From assembly GCA_010093705.1 (NCBI GenBank), contig MU006096.1, forward strand, positions 456,004 to 520,003: DNA of 64,000 bases, given 5' to 3'. This document shows positions 12,870 to 25,165 of the stretch, piece by piece. Both the position numbers and the translations under genes were made by a program. The notes below the pieces were generated by a model. The model did no database searches, was not told the DNA's origin, and worked only from the letters and a program-made list of their open reading frames with translations. The DNA is from Patellaria atrata CBS 101060. Lineage: Eukaryota. Every line of letters begins with the position of its first letter. Position 1 is the stretch's first letter.

Positions 12870-15663
12870 ATGGCTTCAAAGGATTCGGAAGTCCTAAAGT
12901 TGCAATCGACAATACAGACTTTTCCGGTCATCGACAACCATGCTCATAACCTTCTCCGAAGCCACCAACTCGATACCCATCCATTCGAAAGCATCACGAC
13001 GGAAGCTCAAGGCGCAGCCCTCAAAGACACCTTTGCAACATTGTCTCATCTAAGAGCCCAGAAGCAACTCAGACGCTTATATGGCTGCAGTCACGATGCT
13101 GATTGGGATAACATACTCGAAAAGAGACAGCACTGGCTAAGAGAAGATCCGAAGGGCCTTATCAGAAAATGTTTCGAAAGCATCCATTCCATCTTGATGG
13201 ACGACGGACTTGCGACTGTTGATGTGGTACATGAATATGAATGGCACGACCAATTCACACCAGGACGAACTGGAAGAATCGTCCGCATCGAGGCCGCTGC
13301 CGAACACATAATGAGACATGTTTTGGCCAAGTATTCTGATATTCATCATGGGGTACCATTGGATGAAAATGCAGCGTGGATTTCATTCAGCAGGAATTTC
13401 GAGAAACTCTTGAAAGGGTATATTGCTGATCCCGCAGTCGTTGGATTCAAAAGTGTCGTCTGCTATAGATCATCTCTCGATATTCAACCAACTGACTTGA
13501 GGGCGAGAGCGATGAGGTTGGAATTCGAGGACTACTGTGCTAGGGCACTAGGGAAAGGAATGTATCGCTTAGATTACAAGACATTAAATGATGCAATTCT
13601 CCAGACCACTGTCTCTTCTCTGTCAGACGGTTTGGAGAAACCTGCAATGTCCAAACCGTTACAACTGCACACCGGCCTCGGCGATAAAGACATCAATTTG
13701 GTGAAGTCGAATCCTGCCTATTTGCAACCCCTCATTGCCCAACATCCTCGAGTGCCATTTGTCCTTCTGCATTCCTCATACCCATACACCCGTGAAGCTG
13801 GCTATCTTACAGCGATGTACAAGAATGCCTTTCTCGACCTTGGCGAGGTTTTCCCCCAGCTGAGCAGAGACGGTCAAGTCTCTGTCTTGCGCAAATCCCT
13901 TGAACTCTGTCCAACCAACAAACTACTGTATAGTAGTGACGGACATTTCTTCCCGGAAACCTATTGGTTGGGCCTTGTGCAGTTCAGAGAAGTTATGGAA
14001 CAGGTACGAAGTGCACTGGATTGTCCCAAATTCTGCATACTGATAAGTCTAAGGTTATATTGGAATATGTCGAAAAGAAGGACATCACAACCGACCAAGC
14101 GACTGCAATCGTCGAAAACATATACTTCCACAACTCGAACGAGCTCTACAATCTCCGCGTGAACCTCGATGATCTGAGCGAGAAAACAGAAGCAGAACCT
14201 CTTAGACTATTGCCAGTCAAATACGATGCCAACTCCTTCGAGCACTTCATGCACAAGAACGACACCGTCGAGTACATATATGTTCAATGGGTCACGCTTA
14301 TGGGCGTCCTCCGCACTCGCATATTGCCAGTTGCAGAATTCACCCGTTTGATCAAAAATGGAGGGAGGATTGGAATTGCGAAAGGGAATACTGGGACTCT
14401 ACAGAACGATCATGTGACACCAGTTTGCGCTCCGGTGGGACAGGTCTATGTGGAATTTGATCTCAGTTCAATCCGCCGAACAATCCCTCAAAATCCTTTT
14501 GAAGCTGCGAGTGTCTTCGGGTCCTGGAGTGATGAGAAAGGTCACCCACTCGACGAGTGTCCGCGCAGCAACCTCGCGCGAATCCTCCACGGCCTAGCTG
14601 AGGATTTCAACGTCAACTTATTGATAGGGTTTGAAATCGAGGTGACGATGCTTGTCAAGACTGAGGACACTGAAGAAAGCAGAAAATACAAACCGTTAGC
14701 AACGAACCATGCTTGGGGATCACTCTCGCCGGAAGACTATCAGAAAGCGCTCCCACTTCTCCATGAGATCGCTTCATCTCTGAAGAGGATCGGAATTGAA
14801 CTCCAGCAATTCCACTCAGAAAGCGGATCAGGACAGTATGAGTTCGTCCTCGCGCCTCTCCCCGCTCTACAAGCGGTAGACACATTGTACCAGGCCCGCC
14901 AGGTGGTCGACCAAGTTGCATCCAAGCACAATGTTAGAGCAACACTTCACCCGCTTCCCTTCCCTGGCATCGGGACAGCCGCGCACGCGCACATATCCCT
15001 TCAACCTGCATACGTGGAGGTGGAGCTTCCCGAAGACGTCGAAGCCAAGTTCTGGATCGACGGTGTCCTACACCACCTTCCCGCGATCTGTGCTTTCACG
15101 CTGCCGGAAGGAGTGAGCTATGGTCGTGTTACCGATGACAACTGGTCTGGGGGTTCGTGGATCGGATGGGGAACGCAGAACCGGGAGATGCCGCTGCGGA
15201 AGGTAGAGACAGGAAGATGGGAAATTAGGTGTCTAGACGGTATGGCGAATATGTACCTCGCGATTGCGGCCATTGCGGGAGCGGGATACATGGGGGCGTT
15301 TGAAGGAGACAGACATGGAGCCAGACCCGGGGATTGTCAGTGTGAGTATATTTGGATCTCTTTCTTTTCTTTCTTTCTTCCTTCCTACCTACACCCTTAT
15401 TTATCACACAGTGGGAAACTAACGCATATTTAGACAATCCCAGCCAGTTGGATGACCGGCATAGGCAGGCGTTAGGTATTGTGGATAAATTGCCAAAGAG
15501 TATCCATACCTCACTCGATGCTCTAGTGGAGGACAGGCCTCTTAAGAGTGTTTTGACTAAGGAATTGGTCAATCACTATGTCGATATGAAGACGGCTGAA
15601 CAGGCTATGCTGGAGGAGATGGGTGATGAGGAACGTAGGATTTGGCTTATTGAGAGATATTGA
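12870..15663 (+). CDS. fluG: FluG: amidohydrolase fused to a glutamine-synthetase-like domain
   Basis: IDNHAH, GFKSVVCYR, LQLHTGLGD, LLHSSYPYTREAGYL and SSDGH, followed by GFEIE, HSESGSGQYE, WGTQNRE and RWEIRCLDG. Two introns. Confidence 0.92.
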
Positions 15664-17085
15664 GGAACTGCTATCGTAGTACCGGTATCTCTCGTCTTTG
15701 TACAATACGATATGCATACCTTACAGAAGGGTATGCGCAGCTTGAGCAGTAACAGTAGATAGGTTGGACAGGATGAATTGGAAAAATATTACGGTAGCTT
15801 CTCGGTGCACTCACCTCTTAACACCTCCCGACTCTGCTGCATTACAAGAGAAGAAAGTATATAAGGGATTCCTGGCTGTAGAGCTAACTTAATCTATAGG
15901 TAGACTGCACAGGTCTGGTACTACCCTGGTTTATAGCTCAGCAAAATGTTGGTGAAGCGAGTAATGTAACGTCGGCTTTCAAAACATGAAACATATCAAG
16001 CAACTTGATCCTTAACTCCGCCAATACAAAGACCTTCGTGAGTTTTAAGTGGCTTTGAAGAAAGAGTCGGGGGAGGTAAAGAATACGCTAATTCAGGTCA
16101 CCGAGTTAGATCGCCGAGGTAGTTCTACCGGCAGGACAGGACGGTTTCCCGTATCGGCACTGGCATCCATCGGGATACATCCGAGCGGATCCGGTACGGT
16201 ACGGTACTGTACAAAAGCCCTCGACCAAGTTCAACGATCCTCTAAGTTGTTTTGGCAGCATTGGCGGTCTCAGAGGATTGCGTAGGTAAGCTAAGCAAGT
16301 CCTTTGTCAGCCCTCAGTTACCAATGTCATGTCTGCATGAGGGGAACTAGCGCCAACACTATCCTAGCGATATACAAGGCTTCCATTCCTCCTTGCCATC
16401 GAAAATTGTTGGCCTTACTGCGCGGTACATCTTTGTACTTTGGCGGTATGTAGTAGATTGAAGTGTAAAAGGTAATTCTTGCGAGCTGAAATAATAGCAT
16501 TTTCCTTCATCTCGTCCTTCCCATCTTCGTTTTCGTCGCGTTCTTCGCGTCATTTTGCGTGGACCACACAGCAAGCTGCGTGGCTAGGCAGCAATCGTGA
16601 AAATATTCCTAATCGTCTCGCAGAGATTCCCGTTTTCGCGTCCGCCTTAGGGCAGCTTGAGTCTCGACCGTACGGGTTAGGACAGTTCGTAATGCTAGGA
16701 ACGAGACGGTGAGGGACTACGTGGAATTGACGAGATCATTTACAGAGTTTACCATCTCGAATCACCATAGCTGTTATTGTAGTCAATGATTGCACAGATC
16801 TATTTTTATCGTTCCAATTAAAGCTGTTCTTGCGGCCAATACATTGCTAGAAAACGTCGTCTCTCTTCCTTTCTCGAATGCATGCGTAAACACTCGGGCA
16901 GTATTCCCTTTTAAACACAATCCTAATTGTGAACTCAGTTCGACGGACGATTGAATCGACGTGTATTTGGCAAGAACTCTTCTGAGAGACATCCGCTTAC
17001 ACCCAAATACCGGGTTCTCTTACGTCCGTACACTCTGAATCAGATCATTCGGAGGTCTTATACCGGCCGCAACCCCAGAAGGAAA

Positions 17086-19868
17086 ATGGAAAATCAGCCT
17101 TTTACGTCCCAAGCTCTCTCTCGAAGTGGTAGCGATGGGAAAACAGCATCCCCTTCTGGAAATTCTACACCCCAAAAGAACACTCATAACGCACCCAAAA
17201 TACGGAGAAGAAATAGACTTATCACATCATGTCTCGAATGCAGGCGGCGAAAGCTCAAGTGCGATAAGCAGCACCCATGTACCAATTGCATGAAATTCTC
17301 CCGAGACTGCGTTTTCTTAGCTCCTGCAATGGACTCTGCTGCCCAGCTTAGATTGGCCGAGATTAAGGAGAAGATGGGGAGTTTAGAGAAAACTCTGGAA
17401 GAAGACGTTGTTAGAAGACGGAGCAGCACACAGAACTCGAATACTGGGTCAGGTAGCGGGATGACTGATGTAAAAGAAGAGGATGAGGACGAACAGAGCG
17501 GACCAGAAGATGAGAGATATCTAGCACCGAATCCCCTGACAACGGCGGATGCATGGTATGCTGGGGACGCGGATAATGATCTAATGGATTTAGGTATCGC
17601 CATGGGAAAGATGAGGATTACAGAGAGAATAGGGGGCTTTGTAAGGCCAAAACTTGCCGAAGAAGTGAGTTATTTCAGTTCACGCGGGTATTGGTCCTCA
17701 AAGCTAAAGGTTTAAAGCTTGACGAAGCAATCCAAGGCGTACCGAAAAGGCCAGACAGGATACACCCAGTGGTACCGCCTCAATCCTACCTACGTCCCGG
17801 GCCAGACTATGTTGCTCCTGCATCCAGTTTCTTCTTTGCTCCTGAGCCTAAAAGGTCCTCGATCATGGAATTCTTACCGTCCAAAAATGCAGCAGACCAG
17901 CTTCTCCAGCAGTATTGGGCATGTGTACATCCCATAGCTCGTGTAGTGCATCGACCAACCTTCCACAGCCAATATGAATCGTTCTGGAACGATATATATT
18001 CTGGCAACCAACCCCCTGCATCTTTCCAAGCCCTAACAATGGCAGCTATGCTATCTGCCGTTATTAGCCTATCCGAGGAAGCTATTCTAGCTGATTATGG
18101 AGTAGCAAAAGCAGAACTTATAGATAGCTTTCGACGTGGTACTGAGATGGCGCTGTATCAGGCAAACTTCTTGCGGACGACAAAACTTGAGACACTTCAA
18201 GCTTTCGTCTGCTATCTCGTACGCTACCCCCAAGGATTCTTGCATTGAATTGTCATTAACCAAGAGTAGATTCCACAGTGCAGAAATGAAATATCCCGTG
18301 GTCACTCTGCTCTTACCGCTACTGCAATACGTCTAGCTGAATGTATGGGCCTTCACCGTGATGGTTCACACTATGACCTCCCAGCCGTCGAACTCCACGT
18401 ACGCCGTCTAGTGTGGCACCAACTATGCTTTCTTGATATCCGTACCTGTGAAGCTTCTGGTCCTCGACCGTCCATCCGCAAAGAAGATTTCGATACTAAA
18501 TTTCCTTTACACATGAATGACTCGGACCTCGATTCTGTTGTACCCGCAACCGAGGACAAAGCAACCTGGACAGAGATGACCATACCCTTAATCCGGATGG
18601 AGTGTAACGAAATGCACCGCCTCATTTGGATTGAGCGGTTCAGACTCGACCGTAAGAAAACCGTGGGCTCAGGTATAACCTCCTTGCTAGCAAAGGTTCA
18701 GGACTTCCGTGCCTATATGGAAAAGAAATATATACCAATGTTCAACCGCACCGTCCCTTTACACAACTACGCTTTCCAGGTCCTCCAGATCCTCACTTTA
18801 CGGATGCACATTATGGTGCTATTCCGCTACATCAGCTCGCCCAAAGGTAGAATGCCTGAACGTCTCCGTCAAATCATTCTCTCTTCCGGAACCCAGTTCA
18901 CGGAACACGCCATCACAATTGAGACATCTCCCTTTTTGAGACCTTGGGCGTGGTATGGTGGTGCTCTCCAACAATATCACACAGCAATGCTGCTGCTAAG
19001 CGAGCTGTACGCTTCACCTGTTCGACCTATGGAAGCTCGCGTCTGGAAATGCCTCGATTACGTCTTTGACCTGCCCCCAGAATGGGACTACGCGGAAAAG
19101 AGCAGGTACCTCCTCACAGAGCTCAGAGACCGGACCCAAGTTTACCGAGCCCTGAGAAAGCTCAAAGCACCGACGAGCATGGAACGCAGACTTCAAACGC
19201 ACCCGGCCCGTAGATCTGCTACCGACGCCGATGAAGTTGACCCTCCTGCTGGTACCTTAACGGAGAAGCGTGGCGAAGTAACCTGGATCGAGGAGGGCCG
19301 CGGATACTGGGGCGTCCCATCTAACGCACAAAGCCAAAGACACACTTCACAAACAAGCGCAGTGAGTCCTGGAACACAGACTTCTCCACAACCACAGCCG
19401 TTTCCCCTGCACACCTCGTCGAGTAGCATACCCACTAGGGCTTCCGCGTCGCCCGGCACGCAAGCGGCAAGCTTAATAAATCACGCGCTCGGTTACTCGG
19501 CCGATCAACCTTTCCAAAGTATCGCAAATGGAGAAGCATTGTTTGCGCCTTCACCGATTCAGCACGTGAGTCCGAGTGGCACCAGTGTGAGTGATGGGAG
19601 TGGTGGCATGTTAGGAGCTCAGCAGATGGGACAGGGAGGGAGTCCGCAGGATATGATGCTGGATATTGATTGGGTGAGTTCGCTTTTCATCTTTCCATTT
19701 TTACCCTTAAATCGATACCCTTTGATTATAAGGGAGAGCTGCTAATAAGCTATATAGAATGAATGGGATAGACTGTTTCCACCGGGGACGATTGACATGA
19801 ACATGACGGCCAGCGACTTCAATATGATACCGGATGTGCAATTCGGGAATCCGTTTGGGGGACAGTAG
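17086..19868 (+). CDS. Zn(II)2Cys6 transcription factor with fungal-specific TF domain
   Basis: CLECRRRKLKCDKQHPCTNC...C binuclear cluster, MGLHRDG...RRLVWHQLCFLDIR middle homology region, and DIDW|NEWDRLFP terminus. Confidence 0.92.
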
Positions 19869-20126
19869 AAGTAGGGGTGAAGGGGTTCGTGGTTGTTAGA
19901 TACCTAATGAGCTAGCAATATATGGCTATGCTCGGTCGACATGATGATATACATATACGAAACGTACAAGTAAAGCATGCAGGGCTTTTGAACTTGTACC
20001 ATTTTTTACCTCAATTCGATTGACCCGAAATAGTGCGGGTTGTCTTCTTCATCCTAACGCCAGTTTAGCCCATCTCGTGATAAATAGCGCTGACCACCCA
20101 ACCGAAACAAAAAGAAACCGAATGCA

Positions 20127-21185
20127 TCAAATATATTTCCTGTCGGGGTCTAGTCGGTCTAGTTGCTCCATCGTCTTCTCGTACCTGTCTTTCTGTTAGA
20201 AAATGGTTTAGACCGTTTGAAAGAATGGGACACTCACATCGTAAACACAATTCCGCCACTCAGCATCAACCTCACTAGTCTGGGTACCGCCCCGGACCAG
20301 AATGTCAATATACCCTCCTCTTTGAGTATTTTTGCGGCACAATTGAAGCTGTTTTTGTACTGAGACCGCGACTCGATGGATTGCATCCGCGTCTTTACCG
20401 TATCGAGGGGCATAGTAGTGTACACAGTGATGATACCGGCCATTCCACCAATGCCAAACGTACTCAATGTCCCCAGCTTTTCCCCCGGAGCCACATAGCT
20501 CTGCGCCAATTGTTTTAAAGAAGTATAGCTGCTGAAACGCACCGCCGAATTGGCCGACTGCCTCGCCGTCGTCGGGACGAATCCCTTGAAGAAGCCGCGG
20601 ATACCTTGCTCACGCGCAATGATACCCGTACCGTGTATGAAGCCGCGCATGCGCGGTTGCGCCCGTTTGCGATCGTCGATCAATTGTGTCTTTATGCTCT
20701 CGAAGGGTGTCACCGCGAGTAGAGACTCTGTGCATCCGGCACCGAAACCTGCTATGACGTTCATCGGGCCGGAGACATTGCCTTCAGCGTCTGCTAGCAT
20801 AGACTTGTATGTGTCGAATGCGACGAACCCTTGAATATGTCAATTGATGCCCTCGATATAACTGGTACAGCATAGCCTGCGCGTCGCACTACTCACGAAC
20901 ACCCGCTTTTATGGAATTCCCCATCACCAATGTTGTACATCCGGCATACCATTGTGGGCCGAATGGAGGCCAAGGTACCTTCTTCCCTTCTGCTAATCTA
21001 TGATTGAGTTGGGTGCGTGTTTTCGCAAATTCGGCGGGATATGTGATAGCTATTTCGACCGCTCCGGCGGTGGAACCAGCAATGATCGAGCGCAAAGCGC
21101 TGGGCTGGAGAGATGTTAGTTGAACAATGAATTAGAAATTGGAGTATCGCAATCCGACCTTTGGTTTATCTTTGTCTGAAGACAT
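20127..21185 (-). CDS. CTP1: Mitochondrial citrate/tricarboxylate carrier
   Basis: Three carrier motifs (PAEFAKT, PFESIKT, PLDTVKT), plus RQSANSAVRF and RLMLSGGIVF. Confidence 0.88.
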
Positions 21186-21486
21186 GGTTCCAATCTGAGG
21201 CGTATGTAGAGAATGAGTGTTGTCCTGTCATCTCACCTTTAAAAGCTCAGTTTGCGGACTGTCACAAGCTCCGCAAGCAATGAAAGTATGCGAGAAATTG
21301 TGGCTTCGGAGCTGCTTACATCACTTCCGCCTTGGTTCTCGTTGGGGTCCTTATCAATATATGCTTGTAGCTCTGGAGCGCATCATCACATCACTGAGCC
21401 TCCTGCATCAACTTTTCAAAAAATTTACTTTTTAGTTCTCTCATATCTCCAATATATCTCCCCCAACGAAGAACTCTCCCATCACA

Positions 21487-22625
21487 ATGAGGTCTCTACA
21501 ATCTTTTTCTCGCGTTACACCTCGTGTTACTTCGCGCTTTTCTACCCTTTCTGCTCGCACTCAATTCTCTGCTCTCCGATCATCAAATGCCTTCACAGCT
21601 CCATTGAAACAATCATCTGCATCTAGATTCGCCGCCGCCTTCTCCACATCAAGGCCGAGTTTCGGCGCAGGTATGGTAAAACCAAGTCAATATATGAGCG
21701 CCACAGCTAATTTTCAGGAGATTCATCGGTAAACCAGGAGCTCGCCGCAAAACTCCAATACGAGAAAGATCATGAGGTAGTGGAACGAGATGCGGAGAAC
21801 TACTCTGGAAATTTGAAAGAGTATATTGAGAACAGCGAGTTTAAGGTATATGCTACTGGTACCCCTTAGGAACGGGACGTTTGGGACTAAGCGGAGATAG
21901 TTGCACGATGAACCAGGTGTCGAGGAGGTCACCCTGACCCGCAAATACGGCAATGAAAAGTAATACCCCCCCTTCCCTCCCAAAAAAAAAGTCGTGGTAC
22001 TTCATCCTGACAGTCCAAAAGCATCAAAGTCACCTTCACTGTCGCCGACATCAACAACCTAGAATCCGACCCACAAGAGGAAGACCGCGCCCTCTTCGAT
22101 GAAGAAGACGCAGACATGGACGGTCAATCCGGTGGTGCCAACACCAAAGGAGCCGTCAACCAGAGCAAGACAACCGGCGGCAACGTCAAAGTCGCACCCG
22201 AAGATTCCGTCGCGCCTGCCGATCGTCCCGAGCTCGACGACGAACAATACGACGACGAGCAACCGACTCCCGGTTTCGCCGCGCGAGTTAATGTAACGAT
22301 TACGAGGGACAACAAGCCCGGTGCGTTGATGATTGAATGCATGGCGCAGGATGGAGACATGCTCATCGAGAACATCTATTGCTTCCCCGACGCTGAACTT
22401 GCGGATGCGAAAACGGCGGAGAAGGACTGGGCGAGACGCGGATTATATACTGGTCCACCATTTGGAAACCTTGACGACGATCTCCAGATTCTGTTCGAGA
22501 GGTATCTAGATGAGAGAGGTGTTAATACGGGCATGGCGTTGTTTGTACCAGACTACATCGATTTCAAGGAGCAGAAGGAGTATATTCGGTGGTTGGATAA
22601 CGTCAAGGCTATCGTTGAGCCATAG
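21487..22625 (+). CDS. MAM33: Mitochondrial acidic matrix glycoprotein (Mam33/C1qBP family)
   Basis: Arg/Ser-rich presequence, then VTLTRKYGNE and YTGPPFGNLDDDLQILFERYLDERGV...KEQKEYIRWL. Confidence 0.9.
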
Positions 22626-24204
22626 ATGTGCTAGAACTTCCTTCCCTTATTCCTCCTTCTAGTCATACCTCCCATCTCTCCAAAAGCTGGCTGCTCGGAA
22701 TACCTTTAATTTCATGTCAAACTGTAAATTTCCGCTCTTCTATGTTCTGAGTGTACCAATATTCTACAAATTTAGGGAAAGTCTTCAGGTTTCGCGCTTA
22801 CTAGAGGGATGATGTACTTCATACTAAAATATACAAACAGCGACTCGTATCTCGGCAGTGTTCGTACTCTACGACGTCAATATTGATTCTTTCCTTGGTC
22901 GTGGTTGGCACTCCGGCGACTATAAACTTGTTGTACACGCATGAGCATATTGACTGGATTATATCCTCAATAGAATTTCTTAGGTACGTACAGCACAAGT
23001 CAGAAGAGACCTTATCGGGGGCGTACCTGTACACTCGCTGGAGATATAAATGGATATTGTCAAACCTGTCTTCTCTCAAGATCTTGCTGGCCCCTACAGT
23101 ACAAGTCAAAACACATTTTACAGCAAGCGTACAATACTCCCAAAATGCTAGACAAGGGAAGAAATACTGCCAAGCCCGGCAACCCCATCGCCCCTACATA
23201 TTGCTCGCGCGGCGGTTGCACTCACACACGTATCGCAAACTCAACCCAACCGCGACAAGCTTCACCAGCGCTCTCACTCTAAATGAGAGGACCCACTCTA
23301 GCACCATCTTTCCTGTACACTCGAACCAGCGTAAATTCCGACGCTCAATCGACGTCTCTGTCCACGTCCCACATAACCATCCGCCTGCTCCCGCTATAGC
23401 GCAGATAATAATGGCTTCCATCGCAGATTTCAAGATCAATTGCCTGAGGTTCCGGTAGAGGTGAAAGGGGGAGAAAAAATGGAGAGGGCTGAAGGTTAGG
23501 AGAGAGAGGCAGAGGTGGGCTAGAGAAGGGGTGAGGAGGATGGGGGACAGGTATATGGAGAGGAAGAAGAGGCGGAGGAGGGTGCCGGGGCTGAAGTTAT
23601 GTGGAGGAGGGTGATATGGGGATAGTGATGGGGAAGAGAACTGGAGGGAGGTTAGGCCGGGGAAGAAAAGGAGGTGGCAAAGGGTTGGTAGGCCTGGAAG
23701 CGGTCAGTGGGGTTTGGTATGGGGAGAATTTGGAGGAATGAAGTAGTACCTGTGGAGAATAGAGGCGTAAGGATTTCGAAGAGGATTTGAGGCATTTTGT
23801 TGATAATATTGTTTTTATGAACTAGTAGAGTATTGACTGAATGCAAACTTGATAAGAGAAGGAGCGAAGATATCGATGATTGCACGTCTCGCGGACAGAC
23901 ATATTTTATTCTGTTGCTATCCATCTGTTAGAATTAAGGTAATATGTTCAGCGGTTTAAGCTCGTCTTTGTTGCTGCTTTGTGATTGCAAATTTTAGTTT
24001 GAAATCGTGGTCCTTTGTGGAATTGACGACTACTATACTCCACGTCTTTGTCTGTCAAAGGGAAGCATAGTGGGTTGAGAATCCGAAGGTATTAATTTTC
24101 GGGATTAGATCCCTTTCTTTAACTTTCCTTCCTTTGCGCTTAGTTAATATGCGAATAAGACGAAGTCGTCGTTCGGCTCTCCTATCAACACTTTTGGAAT
24201 GTGT

Positions 24205-24795
24205 TCAAGACAAGCCTTTCGGTGGGAAGCTAGATTCATGTTTTACTCCTCGATCCGACAGCCTAATATACTTCATTGTGCTCAAGTGTACCCATTCTCC
24301 GTTCCAGTTTCTCAAGAGATTCAGATTGTTTTCATCTTCTAGGTCCGGGAGCCATAACCCTGAGACATACTCTTTCTGCTCTAGTGCCCTTTGCTGCTCG
24401 AGAAGGGTCTGACGATTAGATGCGGGCCTTCCTAGGCGGCGTTCCGCTTTGAGTGCTTCTATTTCAGCATCGTTGCGCTTCAGATACTGTTGTATTATAT
24501 CCTTGATCTCGTCAGATGTGAAAGCTTCCGGATGGTTCAACGCCTCATCTTGTAAGAAAGATATCCTTTGCACTACGTTCTTATTAGCCATATGGCTTGC
24601 GTACGACTTATGAATCGAACACTCACAATGGGGTCGGTTGGCCTTTTCTCTTGCCGATGCTAATTTGGCTATTTTCTCATCCCGTTGACTTGCGCGTTGA
24701 AGTCTGCGCGAATCTCGGCTATTCGCATGGAGAGGGGTGCTTCTGCCCTTCTTCTTGTTAATATGCTTCTGCACCTTATTCAAGTTACTGGGCAT
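24205..24795 (-). CDS. TMA16: Translation machinery-associated protein 16 (60S biogenesis)
   Basis: LHANSRDSRRLQRA, ERRLGRPAS and EYVSGLWLPDL...LRNWNGEW; probably contains an in-frame intron. Confidence 0.85.
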   Translation of the reverse strand: MPSNLNKVQKHINKKKGRSTPLHANSRDSRRLQRASQRDEKIAKLASAREKANRPHCECSIHKSYASHMANKNVVQRISFLQDEALNHPEAFTSDEIKDIIQQYLKRNDAEIEALKAERRLGRPASNRQTLLEQQRALEQKEYVSGLWLPDLEDENNLNLLRNWNGEWVHLSTMKYIRLSDRGVKHESSFPPKGLS

Positions 24796-24886
24796 GGTGG
24801 TTCCTGGAGTATTAGGTAAAGAAACATATCAACGGTCATTCTCTGTGGTGGAATTCTCAAAAGTTCGTCACACTTAGGGCAGTTTT

Positions 24887-24968
24887 ACGCGTTAGTAAGT
24901 GGGGCGGATCTTCGGCTATAACTACCCGAACTAGTCGCAGAGCGCGTCTTGGACAATATCCTACGCGT
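24887..24968. promoter_or_regulatory. Two MCB (ACGCGT) boxes upstream of EXO1
   Basis: Perfect ACGCGT at 24887-24892 and 24963-24968 in the TMA16/EXO1 divergent promoter. MBF control of replication and repair genes is established in fungi. Confidence 0.55.
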
Positions 24969-25165
24969 CGAGCGATCAAAACCTCGAATCAACCTTAATT
25001 CTTTCCACTCTATGACATAACACCTGCTTTCGCTTTCCCCTTACTTTGTGCTTCTTATTTTGGAATCAAGTTCCTTCTGTTCTATGCATAGTTCCTAATG
25101 CTCCGTGTTTAACATCCGACCTCCATCTGTTTGGGGCCCCGCTTTATGGTGTTTACAGTGACGGA

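Noticed and set aside
22883..23458. 191-aa plus-strand ORF
   Set aside because: TTG start, no family motifs and no supporting splice structure.
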